From NCBI GenBank assembly GCA_026004595.1, contig BPJL01000008.1, forward strand, positions 13,383 through 77,382: a stretch of DNA of 64,000 nucleotides. The letters are read 5' to 3'. Each line of letters opens with the position of its first letter. Positions within the stretch are counted from its first letter, which is position 1. Origin of the DNA: Patescibacteria group bacterium (GTDB taxonomy: Bacteria > Patescibacteriota > WWE3 > UBA101185 > UBA10185). The notes under the pieces were generated by a model. The model ran no database searches and had not been told where the DNA came from. It was given only the letters and a program-made list of their open reading frames with translations. Positions 9,365-19,959 of this stretch are shown one piece after another. The translations under genes and the position numbers were made by a program.

Positions 9365-10442
9365 ACAGTGATACAATAAAGCCAACAAACATCAAACGAC
9401 TTTTTGTTATCAGTAACGCCAGAAAGAAAAATAGTAACACAGAAAATGATATAATAACCGAACTGTATTTTCTTTTCTTTATCACAACAACTTCAGTGTT
9501 TTTGTTATCAAACTGACTTAGTAGCGTCTCAGTAGTGTTTTTCCACGTTCTCACTATGTCTCTCACCTGTTCATAGACATAGTTTGCTTCAGTCCTTCTT
9601 CTTATTATTGACTGTGAGACTGATTCTTTCTTGTCTTCAACAACTCTCATTTGATTATCTATTTTTTCTACCTTTTCCCTTACTTCATTTAACTCCTTTA
9701 TTCTTTGGTCATGTAGTTTACTAAGCTGTTCCATGTTAAATAGATCAAATGATCTACGAACGTATGAGCCGTTCACGATTATATCTCTAGTTAATTCAAT
9801 CATTTCATTGTCGATCTCTTTTATCACTTTGTCAATGCCGTTCACTGAGACCTTATAGTCCTCTTTTCTCTTCTGTAGGTCCTTTAACTGTTTAACCGTT
9901 TGTTCAATCACTGTTTCAGACACTCCCTCTTCACGCAAATATTTTCTTATCATTTCCTCTAGTAACAGTTTACCCTTAAGAATTTCATTGTAAAGCTTTT
10001 CATTTAAAAGAACGAAAAGCCTGAACTCGTTAACTAGATCTGGAAATGTGACTTTGACCGGTTTGCTAACAGAAGTTAACTTAAACTCAGTGTCATCAAC
10101 AAAAAGCCCGATTGCTCTATCAGGACCATTTTCAGTGATAAAAGCTGCTTCTGGTGCTACAGTAGACTTAAAAAGTTCTGATAAAGATGCTCCTATCACA
10201 AGGTTAGCCAGTTTATCACTATAAATCATTGTTTTGCCGTCTACCAGCAATGAAACAAGTTCCGCTTTCTTTCCCAACAGCTCTTTCTTAAAAAGATGAC
10301 TAAAGTTGTCTTTGATTAGTTTATAGACAACATTTACTGCCTCTTTTTTCGTCTTTATCAAAAAGACTCCTTCGATCTGTTCATCTAAATTGGCTGTTAC
10401 CGTTACTGATGGAGGGTTAATCTCTTCAAGTAAAATTCTCAT
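9336..10442 (-). CDS. Hypothetical coiled-coil protein with C-terminal membrane hairpin
   Basis: 368-aa ORF with heptad-rich middle and two terminal hydrophobic helices. Confidence 0.7.
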   Translation of the reverse strand: MRILLEEINPPSVTVTANLDEQIEGVFLIKTKKEAVNVVYKLIKDNFSHLFKKELLGKKAELVSLLVDGKTMIYSDKLANLVIGASLSELFKSTVAPEAAFITENGPDRAIGLFVDDTEFKLTSVSKPVKVTFPDLVNEFRLFVLLNEKLYNEILKGKLLLEEMIRKYLREEGVSETVIEQTVKQLKDLQKRKEDYKVSVNGIDKVIKEIDNEMIELTRDIIVNGSYVRRSFDLFNMEQLSKLHDQRIKELNEVREKVEKIDNQMRVVEDKKESVSQSIIRRRTEANYVYEQVRDIVRTWKNTTETLLSQFDNKNTEVVVIKKRKYSSVIISFSVLLFFFLALLITKSRLMFVGFIVSLFIAAVVVID

Positions 10443-11068
10443 TTTAAAAGAGTTAAAATTATATTATTGTATTCATCATTTAGTGAAAGAGCATAGTCAT
10501 CAGTTTCAACTAGTCTATTCTTAATCTCTTCCATTGTTTTGGCACCTGTGATTCTGTATCTTGTCGATATTTTGGCGTCAGTTTGAGAAAGGTATCCCGA
10601 GGAAACAATGTTTATATAGTTATCAACTGGTATTGGGCTGTCTACTTCAATATGAAGATAGACAAAAGAGTTGTTAAAAGTGTCAATAAGGTCACTTATG
10701 GAGTTGTTGATTGACTTTCCATTGAAAAAGGCATCAGCTATTAAGCAGAAAACTTTTGCCAACACCTTGGCTGCGGTGTCATAGTTAACAACACTCTGTG
10801 GTCCGTCGGTGACATTGTACGCCAAAATGGGACTGAGACAGACCGTTAACACAGTTGTATCCTGTTTCAAGTCTTTGTCAGCGAGGAGAAAGCGTATTGA
10901 TTCGTTTACCTCGAAACAGTTGTATGGTAAACCCGTATCATGTGATCTGATATACCTTTTTCGAGCAACGCTGTCGTGTGGGTCTTCTGCAATCCACATA
11001 ACATCCTTTCTGTTTAGGATCTCGTTTACAACTATACTAGCTTCCGGGCCATTAGAAACAATTAACAT
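10439..11068 (-). CDS. Hypothetical protein
   Basis: 209-aa ORF, TAAATG start, overlaps the next gene by 4 nt. Confidence 0.65.
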   Translation of the reverse strand: MLIVSNGPEASIVVNEILNRKDVMWIAEDPHDSVARKRYIRSHDTGLPYNCFEVNESIRFLLADKDLKQDTTVLTVCLSPILAYNVTDGPQSVVNYDTAAKVLAKVFCLIADAFFNGKSINNSISDLIDTFNNSFVYLHIEVDSPIPVDNYINIVSSGYLSQTDAKISTRYRITGAKTMEEIKNRLVETDDYALSLNDEYNNIILTLLK

Positions 11069-11107
11069 TTAAAATATACAATATATTTTTGTGTTACTTT
11101 ACAAATT

Positions 11108-11926
11108 ATGTTAAAAACAGATCTTAAGTTTCATAGAGAGAGTAGTAAAAACATTGTCTATGTTGACTTCACAAATGAGATACACAAAAACTTTAAACTG
11201 GAATCCAAGTCTTCCTTCCCCTTGGTGTACGCCATACCAAAAGGATCCAATGTTAAACCAAAAAAACTTAACGGGGTTGATAAGGCTGTTGTTATAGCCA
11301 ATGACAAATTTAATCTTGAATTAGTTCCATATGATAATATCGAACTACACCTGATACTAAAACCGTTCGCAAAAAACATTGTTAAATATGATAACAGTGA
11401 TAAAAGGGTAAAACGTGTATTCATTTACAATACTGAAATGCTATCAAACGTTTACAAAGAACTATTTAACACCTCTGAGGTTCACTATGAAATGGCTATC
11501 GCTTTGATTTCTGACATGATAATCATGGTTTCAACTGCTCCGGTAGACGATCTAACTGAGAAAACATTAAAAACATTAAAAACCTTTTACCCTGTTATAA
11601 TGGACCCAGATACCGTTGAAAATCAAGAGCTCTATTCCATTGTGAATAGTAACTCTGTTCCAAAAACACTGCTAAATAACTCGTCTCTAGTGCTTCGAAG
11701 TAGATTTAATGGTTATGAGGATAAGTGTGTAGTGCTCAAGGTTGAGCCTGGTGACAACCGAGCCGAAGGCGACGGTGACAACCGAGCTGATGGCGACGGT
11801 GACAACCGAGCCAAAGGCGACGGTGACAACCGAGCCAAAGGCGACGGTGACAACCGAGCCGAAGGCGACGGTGACAACCGAGCTGATGGCGACGCCAAAG
11901 GCGACGCCGAAGGCGAAGCCGATTAG
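11108..11926 (+). CDS. Hypothetical protein with C-terminal GDNRA(E/D/K)GD repeats
   Basis: 272-aa ORF ending in a tandem repeat. Confidence 0.7.
   Translation: MLKTDLKFHRESSKNIVYVDFTNEIHKNFKLESKSSFPLVYAIPKGSNVKPKKLNGVDKAVVIANDKFNLELVPYDNIELHLILKPFAKNIVKYDNSDKRVKRVFIYNTEMLSNVYKELFNTSEVHYEMAIALISDMIIMVSTAPVDDLTEKTLKTLKTFYPVIMDPDTVENQELYSIVNSNSVPKTLLNNSSLVLRSRFNGYEDKCVVLKVEPGDNRAEGDGDNRADGDGDNRAKGDGDNRAKGDGDNRAEGDGDNRADGDAKGDAEGEAD
11750..11923 (+). repeat. 24-bp coding minisatellite (6 copies plus 12-bp half-units)
   Basis: GGTGACAACCGAGC(CGAA/TGAT/CAAA)GGCGAC at 11750, 11774, 11798, 11822, 11846 and 11870. Confidence 0.95.
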
Positions 11927-12753
11927 TTACCAAACATTCCTTCTGTATCAACCTTTTTAAGATCCCATTTTTCTTGTATCTTTTTCTTCCAGGGATAATT
12001 TGTTCCAGAGAACATAAATCTGGCCTCCCTAAGTGCTTCGGGTTTCCAGTTACTGATATCTCTGGCGAACTCTGAATCCTCAAACATATGATTCATATTT
12101 TTTACTTTTGATACATCCCAGGGTGAAATATCACCATTGAACACGGCCTTAAAGAACATGTACTCCATGTTTTCAACATTGCTTACATCCCAGCGTTTTA
12201 TATCACCGTCAAAAGCGGATTCAGAGAACATGTAACTCATGTCCTTCACTTTAGATGTTTTCCATTTGCAGATGTTTCCGTCGAAGATTGATCTACAGAA
12301 CATATGACTCATATTTTCAACGTTTGAAACATTCCAGTAGTAAAGACGTTTAGTAAACACTGAACCCATGAACATACCTTTCATGTTTTTCACGTTTGAA
12401 ACATTCCAATGTGAGATGTCTCCATTAAACTTTGACTCAAAGAACATATAGCTCATATCCTCCACGTTTGACACATCCCACTGTGATATATCACCATTAA
12501 ATGTTGATTTCTCAAACATGTGACTCATATCTTTCACGTTCGATACGTTCCAACAACCAAGAATGATATTTTTGATATTACTGCCCTTGAACATTGATCT
12601 CATTGACTTTGCTTTGGAAACGTCCCATTTTGAAAGGTCGAGAGTTGAACTGCACTTTGCTCCCTCAAACATGCTATCAAAGTTCTCGAAGTTAGAAACG
12701 TCGAGATTTACTACTTTCTCTTTGATAAGATCTAGGTTTTCTCCCTTAAACAT
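11923..12753 (-). CDS. DUF285/BspA-like tandem-repeat protein
   Basis: Repeated WDVSNVENMSHMF...FNGDIS units. Confidence 0.9.
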   Translation of the reverse strand: MFKGENLDLIKEKVVNLDVSNFENFDSMFEGAKCSSTLDLSKWDVSKAKSMRSMFKGSNIKNIILGCWNVSNVKDMSHMFEKSTFNGDISQWDVSNVEDMSYMFFESKFNGDISHWNVSNVKNMKGMFMGSVFTKRLYYWNVSNVENMSHMFCRSIFDGNICKWKTSKVKDMSYMFSESAFDGDIKRWDVSNVENMEYMFFKAVFNGDISPWDVSKVKNMNHMFEDSEFARDISNWKPEALREARFMFSGTNYPWKKKIQEKWDLKKVDTEGMFGN

Positions 12754-12781
12754 TTTATATTTAGATTAAAATTATTACACT

Positions 12782-13660
12782 TCAAAAAATTGTATATCTG
12801 ACTAATATATACTTGATAAACGAGGTAACATCATCGTTCTCTTCAAGATAGAATCTTAACTGTTTATCACCTCTGATTACTGTGAAAAAAGTGTCAGCCG
12901 GTTTTCTTAACACTATTTCGTTGCCCATTTCTCCTATTATTGTGTTAGGTCTGATACCTGATCCAATGTCTCTCTCACATATAATGTCAATAAAGCAGTT
13001 GCTTCCTTTAGGCGGAACAAAGCGTCTATTTGGAATAAAAACAGTATTTTCTCCGTTAAACATTGGTTTGTATTTGATCTCTATGCTCGAATCAAAATTG
13101 TAAACAGACCTCTTTTGAAGTCTACTCAAAAGCTGTTCCAAATCATAGTCACCTTCCTCTGCCTCAAACGTAACAGTGATACACTCTGATAAAAAAGAGC
13201 TCTCAAACAGCTTACCCAACTCGTAAGTAAATGTTATGTACTTTGAATACTTTGTGCAAAGCCTTTCTAAGTTCGGCTCAGGGTCTCCTCCCACCTCAAC
13301 ACACTCGAGAAAACCCTCTGCGCGCTTAAGCCAGTAAACCTTTAGATCAAGTTCTGAGTCAAGTTCCATAAACTTTTCTGAGAAGTGTGCTAAGTAGTTC
13401 ACGTGACCTGTTCTCCTTGAACGAAAACAAACACCACCCATCGGCTTGAAAAAACCACAGTGACTTTTCTTTGATGGAATAGGGTCCTCGCATCTTTTTT
13501 TGATAACAACACGCTTTAACCCAAAGATTAAAGCCGGGTCAACTTTCTCCACTTTTAGCGGCCAAGAGACTTTAAGCTCATGCCCAACAATGTTAACAAC
13601 TGGTTCATTTAAGCTACTGTCAGTAAATATAGTTTTAGCATCAAAGGTGGCCGTTATCAT
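12782..13660 (-). CDS. Hypothetical protein
   Basis: 292-aa ORF with TAAAATG start; no motif recognised. Confidence 0.65.
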   Translation of the reverse strand: MITATFDAKTIFTDSSLNEPVVNIVGHELKVSWPLKVEKVDPALIFGLKRVVIKKRCEDPIPSKKSHCGFFKPMGGVCFRSRRTGHVNYLAHFSEKFMELDSELDLKVYWLKRAEGFLECVEVGGDPEPNLERLCTKYSKYITFTYELGKLFESSFLSECITVTFEAEEGDYDLEQLLSRLQKRSVYNFDSSIEIKYKPMFNGENTVFIPNRRFVPPKGSNCFIDIICERDIGSGIRPNTIIGEMGNEIVLRKPADTFFTVIRGDKQLRFYLEENDDVTSFIKYILVRYTIF

Positions 13661-13685
13661 TTTACTATGAACATAATGTTTTTCT

Positions 13686-14369
13686 CTACCATTCTATCTG
13701 ATTTTCACCCAAAAGCTGATTGATTGTCTTAAAGTGGTTGTTTCCGAAAAAACCCCTGTGAGCAGACAACCCTGACGGGTGAGCCGATATCAGTTTAATA
13801 GTGCTATCGTTTAAAAAGTCGATTAGCCTTTTAGACTCTCTTCCCCAGAAAACAAAAATGCATTTAGGGTTTACTTCTTCTATCTCTTTAATAACTTTTT
13901 TGATAAAGGGTAACCATAAGTAGTACTTTGAATGACTCCCAGGTGAATCAACATCACACGTCAAACAGGCATTAAGAAGGAGAACACCCTGTTTTGCCCA
14001 GTGAGTTAAATCACCCCCTCTCTTTGCTTCCCAGCCAGGGTACTCATTTTTAATCTCCTTAAAGATGTTTAATAGAGAAGATGGAATAGTATCGTCCTCA
14101 CGAACACTAAACGCTAAACCCTGAGCCCTTGAAGTGTTATCGCTCAGAATCGACGGGTATGGGTCCTGTCCAACGATAACAACTCTAACCTTTTCGAGGG
14201 GAGTAAGCTCAAACGCCCTAAAGAGCAGTTCCTTATCAGGTACTATTCTCGTTTTCCTTTCGTCTAACTTTGATGCTATAAACTCAAGTTCATCACGTGC
14301 TTTCTCAAACACTGGTTTCCAGCTTCCAACCTTTTCGATGAGTTCAGGTAAACAGTCTTTGAATGACAT
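13686..14369 (-). CDS. ung: Uracil-DNA glycosylase (family 1)
   Basis: VVIVGQDPY, GLAFSV, QGVLLLN, FVFWG, HPSGLS. Confidence 0.96.
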   Translation of the reverse strand: MSFKDCLPELIEKVGSWKPVFEKARDELEFIASKLDERKTRIVPDKELLFRAFELTPLEKVRVVIVGQDPYPSILSDNTSRAQGLAFSVREDDTIPSSLLNIFKEIKNEYPGWEAKRGGDLTHWAKQGVLLLNACLTCDVDSPGSHSKYYLWLPFIKKVIKEIEEVNPKCIFVFWGRESKRLIDFLNDSTIKLISAHPSGLSAHRGFFGNNHFKTINQLLGENQIEW

Positions 14370-14410
14370 AATTTAAATATAGTTAAATCTGTTTTATTAA
14401 ATCAGTTTAA

Positions 14411-14674
14411 ATGAATCTTGAACTGTCTTTGATTGTTTACTTTCTGGTGCTAACGATAACGTTTGTTGTCCTAAGACATAAACGATTTAAACTTCTATCC
14501 TCAACTGTTCTTTCGCTTATCATTTCACAGCTGGTTCTAAACGTATTAAACTCTCCCTTAGATCACGATGGAGAAATAAACTCATCAATTGCAACATATT
14601 ATACCATCCAAGCGGTGTCAGTGATAATTTATTTTTCTTCTTTAATCTATTATACTTTTAGAGACACTTACTGA
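14411..14674 (+). CDS. Small membrane protein
   Basis: 87 aa, three hydrophobic segments, TAAATG start. Confidence 0.6.
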   Translation: MNLELSLIVYFLVLTITFVVLRHKRFKLLSSTVLSLIISQLVLNVLNSPLDHDGEINSSIATYYTIQAVSVIIYFSSLIYYTFRDTY

Positions 14675-14703
14675 AACATAATTGTAAATTTTATGCTACT
14701 AAA

Positions 14704-15234
14704 ATGATCTACCTTGGAAAGAAAGGTTTCACTTACAAAGAAGAACCAGGTGCTATGAAAATCGAAATCGTCAACGACTTTATCAAGGTGAATGATAGAG
14801 TTATTCCCTACGAAAGGCCTCTCCCGAAGGATGACTTTGATAAGGAAGGTTTCACGAAGGACATAGGCATAAGTGACTATCAAGAGGCCTTTAAGTGGGG
14901 TTCAGTTGCCTACACAGTGGCTATCAGCATCTTTTGTCTACCAGTAAACGGTAGTATATATGACACGGATAGTCTTATCAGGTATGATATTTTCTTTCAG
15001 TCAACATTTTTAGCAGTTGAGTGCATCTTTGATGAAAAACCAAACATATACAAATGGTTGATTAAGTTGGCAGTTAGTTTCACGACTCACCTTTTAGCAA
15101 AGAGGTTTCGTGATAATCACAGCAAGCTTGAAAAGCATCTGTCAAAGTATTATCAGGAGGATTTAAACGATATAAAGTTCCTTTTAACAAAAAGAACAAA
15201 CAGTCTTTTAAAAGATTATATTGCAAATGTCTAA
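14704..15234 (+). CDS. Hypothetical protein
   Basis: 176-aa ORF; its stop directly abuts the next start (TAAATG). Confidence 0.65.
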   Translation: MIYLGKKGFTYKEEPGAMKIEIVNDFIKVNDRVIPYERPLPKDDFDKEGFTKDIGISDYQEAFKWGSVAYTVAISIFCLPVNGSIYDTDSLIRYDIFFQSTFLAVECIFDEKPNIYKWLIKLAVSFTTHLLAKRFRDNHSKLEKHLSKYYQEDLNDIKFLLTKRTNSLLKDYIANV

Positions 15235-15552
15235 ATGGCTGTGCTACTGCTTTTTATTATCATTGTGATAATGTCTATCTTTTTAGTGTACCTTATATAC
15301 AAAAATGTTAAAATGATAAATCCAGAAGAGTGTCCCAGTATAAAGGGAAGATTCGCTCTAATACCTAATGCCGCTTACAAAACAGTCCTTGATAATCAGA
15401 GGGTTGACTCTATAGTTGAAGCACTTGATTTCTGCGAAAAGAAACTGTGTGATGCATTTGTTATAGCTGATGACACAGTTTATATAGTCGACACCAATTC
15501 GACCTTTTTGAACAGTGAGGGTTCAGCGCTTTTCGTAAAGCAAACAAATTGA
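15235..15552 (+). CDS. Small N-terminally anchored membrane protein
   Basis: Hydrophobic N-terminus and short Cys-containing soluble domain. Confidence 0.6.
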   Translation: MAVLLLFIIIVIMSIFLVYLIYKNVKMINPEECPSIKGRFALIPNAAYKTVLDNQRVDSIVEALDFCEKKLCDAFVIADDTVYIVDTNSTFLNSEGSALFVKQTN

Positions 15553-15575
15553 ACAGTAAATATACGTACGTTTAA

Positions 15576-18500
15576 ATGCAAATGGAGAGACAGCTCACCA
15601 GAGAAAAGAACCTCTACAGTTGTGAACGCTTTATAGACCTGACTTTCGGTAAACTTACTCCACCCAAACTTAACATCAGAAAAGAGGAGTCTGTTCTGAT
15701 GCGATTCATAGACATACACGGATTCTCAAAGGGTTTAATAGACATCTATGATCACTGGATAGATAATATACTTCCTAAAAGAATCTGTAAAGAGGTGTAC
15801 ATTGAACCAAACGGGGTAAAAAGGTACTTCAGAAATGTTAGGTTTAAAACTCCAGAAAAAACTCCCTACGACTGTCAACTCTATGGCTACAGCTATCTTG
15901 GAAAGTTGATAGCTGATATCTACTCGCGTGATGATGAAGAAGAAACCATCTTTAAAAAGGACTTTCTAATAGCTGAGTTACCAGTAATGCTAGGATCAAA
16001 GTACAGTCACCTGTATGACCTTACAGACGAGGAGAAAATAAAACTTAAAGAATGTCCAAACGATCCGTTTGGCTACTTTATAATAGCCGGTACAGCAAGA
16101 GTGATAAACATTCAGGAGGGGTTAAGGCTGTTAGTTAGTCACACGTTCGTAAGCATGGGTGAACTGGAAACAAGAATGACCTGTCCCACGTACAAGGGTA
16201 CCACAGTCACACGCATCACAGTGAGTAAACAGCTTACCTCCCTCAGAGTAGAACTTCGAAAGTTAAATCACCCTGAAAGCTACCCACTTGTTCACATATA
16301 CATCTACTTGGTTAACGAAACTTTGCCAGAGAAAATTACCAAAGACAGAATCAGGCTTTACGGGGAAGAGTTTTTCGAAAAGTACATTAAACTTTTTTGT
16401 AAAGAAGAAGAGTTACCGTTGATTTCCAACATGTTTAGAATAACCATAACGGATGCTAAAATAGAACCACTGAATATCAAAAGGGGAGAGCATGACTACA
16501 TAAAATTCAGAAGAAAAATAATAGAAGATCTCTATAGCCATATACCAGAAGAATATAAGCTTTACACGCTTGCTTACTGTGCCGTGAAAACAATTAGGTA
16601 TCAGCTCGGTTTAAGGCCTCAAGACCAGAGAGACTCGTGGGGAAACAAAAGACTTGATACAGCAGGGAAAAGCATGGAGAAACTTTTCAACGCCGTTTTT
16701 CATGACGTTTTTGAAAAGATGCTTTCAGTGAGTGAAAAGGTTACAGTGAATGATGAAAACAGAATAACCAATCTGTTTATTAACAGCTTTCAACCAAACA
16801 ACTGGGGTTACAAAGGCGGCAAGGAGAACATCTCTGACTTTCTAAAAAGGGAAAATCCCATTTCAGTCTACTCTCAGATAAGAAGGGTAAACACTCCGAT
16901 ATCACGTCAGTCAAAACAGGACCAGTTAAGAATGCTACAGCCATCACAGATCGGCTACATCTGTGTTTCAGAAACACCTGAGGGAAAGAACCTTGGACTG
17001 CTAAAGTACCTTGCGATATCCTGTATCATTTCATCTGAAAGAGAAGAAGACTCTGTTATCGAGCTCCTTAGAAGAGAAGGTGTGTCAGAAAAGCCCCCAG
17101 GGTTACCAATAGCCATAAACGGTGTTTTTCGTTTTTGGGGGTCACGTGAAACTGTAGAAGACAAAGACATCTTTGGTAGAAACCTTTATCACATTGAGAA
17201 ACTGTTGAAAGAGGAAAAAAGGGCAGGCTCCTTACCAAGGGACTCCTGTGTGTTCTATAATCACCTGGATGATATTTTAGAGTACTACTGTGATTCATCA
17301 AGACCGATGAGACCCCTGTTAGTTGTTAAAAACAACAGACTGTTGATAGACGAAGAAGACGCGTGGGACATGCCAATAGAGGAACTAAAGGCAAAGGGAA
17401 TAATAGAACTAGTTGATGCGAGAGAACAGGAGTTTATCATGCTTGCTTCAGAACCGGAAAAGGTAAGAGAAAGAGAAAGGCAAAAAGAAGTACTAAGAAA
17501 CGCCATAAACTTTGAAGACAAAGAGAACAGGGTTAAGGAGATCGTTAATTTTGTTTCAGAAAACAAGAGTAAGTACCTGAATAAAATTTTTATTGACACG
17601 GAGCTGGAAGAGGTTTTCTTCACCGAGCTTATAGCCTATAGTTTCTCAACACTTGCTAAAACGGGTAAAGTATCGTTAGAAGACTCAGTTAGAAACGCTA
17701 AAATCAGAGTTAAAAGCGAGTACCTAGAAAAGAGTGATCAAAAACAGAGCATAGAAATGAAGAAGACCAACGTACACGAAGAGGGTTTCGTTGACAAAAT
17801 AATGGAAGGTGTTAGAGAGCAGTTTAAACGAGAGCTTAATAAACTTGAGTCAAGCATCCCCTTTACTCACAGTGAGATATCTCCCACGGCAATATTTGGT
17901 GTAGCCGGGTCACTTCAACCAAGACCAAACTGCTCACAGGGACCAAGAGCGACTTACCAGGCTTCAATGTGTAAACAGGCACTCGGTATGTATCACTTTA
18001 ACAGACATTTGCGTTTCGATACCAGTTTTAAGATAATGGTTAACCCATCAAGACCAATTTTTGAGACGTCGACGGCTAGAATCAGTGGACTTAACTCTGC
18101 TCCAACAGGCACAATGGTTATCTGTGCCTTTCTGGCTCTTTTTGATAACAATGAAGACGCAATAATTGTTAACAAAGAAGTTATAGATAATGGCTACCTT
18201 GACATAATAAAGTATTCAACATACAAAATAGAAGTCGGTCCAGATGAAGTGATAAGAAAAACAAAAAACACAGAAAGGTTTAGTGCGATCGGTGAAGACG
18301 GTTTACCAAAGCTTGATCACTACGTGTACCCAGGTTACTGTTTGCTAAGCAAGTCAAAGAAAAGCGATGAAAAGGACACTTCGGTTTTCGCTGGTATAGA
18401 CAAATACGGTTACGTTGATAGAGTAATAGTTTACAGAGATGCTTCGGGTGTAGTTAATGTCAAAATCAAACTAAGACAGTTTGAGAAGTACAAGTCAGGT

Positions 18501-19295
18501 GATAAGCTCGCGTCAAGATACGCACAAAAGGGCACGGTGAGTAGAATCATTCACCCATCAGAATTACCAATGATTTATGGTGGACCTAACCACGGCATTA
18601 GACCACACTTTTTTCTTAACCCTCACTCAATACCATCAAGAATGTCGGTAAACAAGCTTCAGGAAATGCTGTTAAGCAAAGCAGCCCTTTACACCGGGGA
18701 AAGAGGAGATGGAACTTCCTTTGTCAAATTTGATCTTGACAAATGGAAGTCTATACTTGAAGAAAACGGGTTAAACGGTTATGGAAACGAAACTCTAATC
18801 TGGCCAAACGGAAAAAAGATAGAAAACGTGTTCGTCGCGCCCTGTTACTATCAGTGTCTTAAGCACCATTCCAAAGACAAGTTTCAAATGAGAGCAAGAG
18901 GTGCTATCATGCCAATAACACATCAACCAGTGGGAGGAAGATCAAGAGAAGGAGGGCTTAAACTCGGTGAGATGGAAAGAGACGGTCTTATTTCACACGG
19001 TGCTTCGGGATTAGTGTTGGAAAGGTTCATTCACGCCTCTGACGCATATAAAATAGCTATCTGCACAGTCTGTGGTAATATCGCAACCCCAGTGATGAAA
19101 CAGGGAAAAAGATTTTTTGAGTGTAGAATCTGTAAAGAAGAAGCCAGATTCGTTCATAGAACAATACCCTACGTGCTTAAAGTTGTAATACATCTACTTA
19201 ATGGAATGATGATAAACACACACTTTAAAGTTGAAGAGTTCCCTAAAGACGAATTAACAAAAAAGTACGAGAAATACTCACAAGCACTTTTATAA
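15576..19295 (+). CDS. RPB2: DNA-directed RNA polymerase second-largest subunit
   Basis: ETPEGKNLGL, NNEDAI, GDKLASRYAQKG, NPHSIPSRM, HQPVGGRSREGGLKLGEMERD and C-terminal Zn ribbon. Confidence 0.98.
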   Translation: MQMERQLTREKNLYSCERFIDLTFGKLTPPKLNIRKEESVLMRFIDIHGFSKGLIDIYDHWIDNILPKRICKEVYIEPNGVKRYFRNVRFKTPEKTPYDCQLYGYSYLGKLIADIYSRDDEEETIFKKDFLIAELPVMLGSKYSHLYDLTDEEKIKLKECPNDPFGYFIIAGTARVINIQEGLRLLVSHTFVSMGELETRMTCPTYKGTTVTRITVSKQLTSLRVELRKLNHPESYPLVHIYIYLVNETLPEKITKDRIRLYGEEFFEKYIKLFCKEEELPLISNMFRITITDAKIEPLNIKRGEHDYIKFRRKIIEDLYSHIPEEYKLYTLAYCAVKTIRYQLGLRPQDQRDSWGNKRLDTAGKSMEKLFNAVFHDVFEKMLSVSEKVTVNDENRITNLFINSFQPNNWGYKGGKENISDFLKRENPISVYSQIRRVNTPISRQSKQDQLRMLQPSQIGYICVSETPEGKNLGLLKYLAISCIISSEREEDSVIELLRREGVSEKPPGLPIAINGVFRFWGSRETVEDKDIFGRNLYHIEKLLKEEKRAGSLPRDSCVFYNHLDDILEYYCDSSRPMRPLLVVKNNRLLIDEEDAWDMPIEELKAKGIIELVDAREQEFIMLASEPEKVRERERQKEVLRNAINFEDKENRVKEIVNFVSENKSKYLNKIFIDTELEEVFFTELIAYSFSTLAKTGKVSLEDSVRNAKIRVKSEYLEKSDQKQSIEMKKTNVHEEGFVDKIMEGVREQFKRELNKLESSIPFTHSEISPTAIFGVAGSLQPRPNCSQGPRATYQASMCKQALGMYHFNRHLRFDTSFKIMVNPSRPIFETSTARISGLNSAPTGTMVICAFLALFDNNEDAIIVNKEVIDNGYLDIIKYSTYKIEVGPDEVIRKTKNTERFSAIGEDGLPKLDHYVYPGYCLLSKSKKSDEKDTSVFAGIDKYGYVDRVIVYRDASGVVNVKIKLRQFEKYKSGDKLASRYAQKGTVSRIIHPSELPMIYGGPNHGIRPHFFLNPHSIPSRMSVNKLQEMLLSKAALYTGERGDGTSFVKFDLDKWKSILEENGLNGYGNETLIWPNGKKIENVFVAPCYYQCLKHHSKDKFQMRARGAIMPITHQPVGGRSREGGLKLGEMERDGLISHGASGLVLERFIHASDAYKIAICTVCGNIATPVMKQGKRFFECRICKEEARFVHRTIPYVLKVVIHLLNGMMINTHFKVEEFPKDELTKKYEKYSQALL

Positions 19296-19917
19296 ACCTT
19301 TGTTGGCCTAGATTCAACTAGCCACTCGGGCCAGTGAGAAAGATCACCTTCAAAATCCGAATTAGTGAACATGCCATTAAGGTTTTTTATACTTCTTAAA
19401 GACCATTCTGATATATCACCGTTAAACTTTGACCCAAAAAACATAGAACACATATATTTTACTTTTGACACGTCCCACTTTGAGATATCACCATTGAACT
19501 CCGAGAACTTAAACATGGCACTCATACATTAGATACATCCCATTGTGAAATATCACCGTTGAACTTTGATTCAGCAAACATATAACTCATGTCTCTTACG
19601 TTCGATACGTCCCATCGCGATATATCACCATCAAATGTTGAATAAGAGAACATGCCACTCATATCCATTACGTTTGATACGTTCCAGTTGGAAATATTTG
19701 GGCTTTTACCCTTTGCTTTACGAAACATGTTCTTCATCGACTTAACCTTTGAAACATCCCAACAGTTTAGGTCAACGTCTTCAACAAACGTCGCACCCTC
19801 GAACATCCCATCCATAATCTCAACCAGGGACGTGTCGAATCTGTTAATCAGCTCATTTGTTATTATACGGTTTTTAAAATAACCTGTGCTATCTTTTGGT
19901 AGTTTTATTTTGGGCAT
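19169..19917 (-). pseudogene. Frameshifted DUF285 repeat gene (two ORF fragments)
   Basis: Starts MPKIKLP at 19917. At 19522-19530 the read is AAT GT ATG AGT where paralogous repeats have AAT GTA ACA GAC ATG AGT, i.e. 7 nt missing; the repeats resume in another frame. Confidence 0.8.
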
Positions 19918-19959
19918 GTTTAAAAAGATTATATTTTTCTGAATATCAATCGAGCGTGT

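Noticed and set aside
2731-19295. Inteins or introns in PolB or RPB2
   Set aside because: PolB motifs are contiguous in 898 aa. The RPB2 insertion has no Cys/Ser start, His-Asn end or endonuclease motif.
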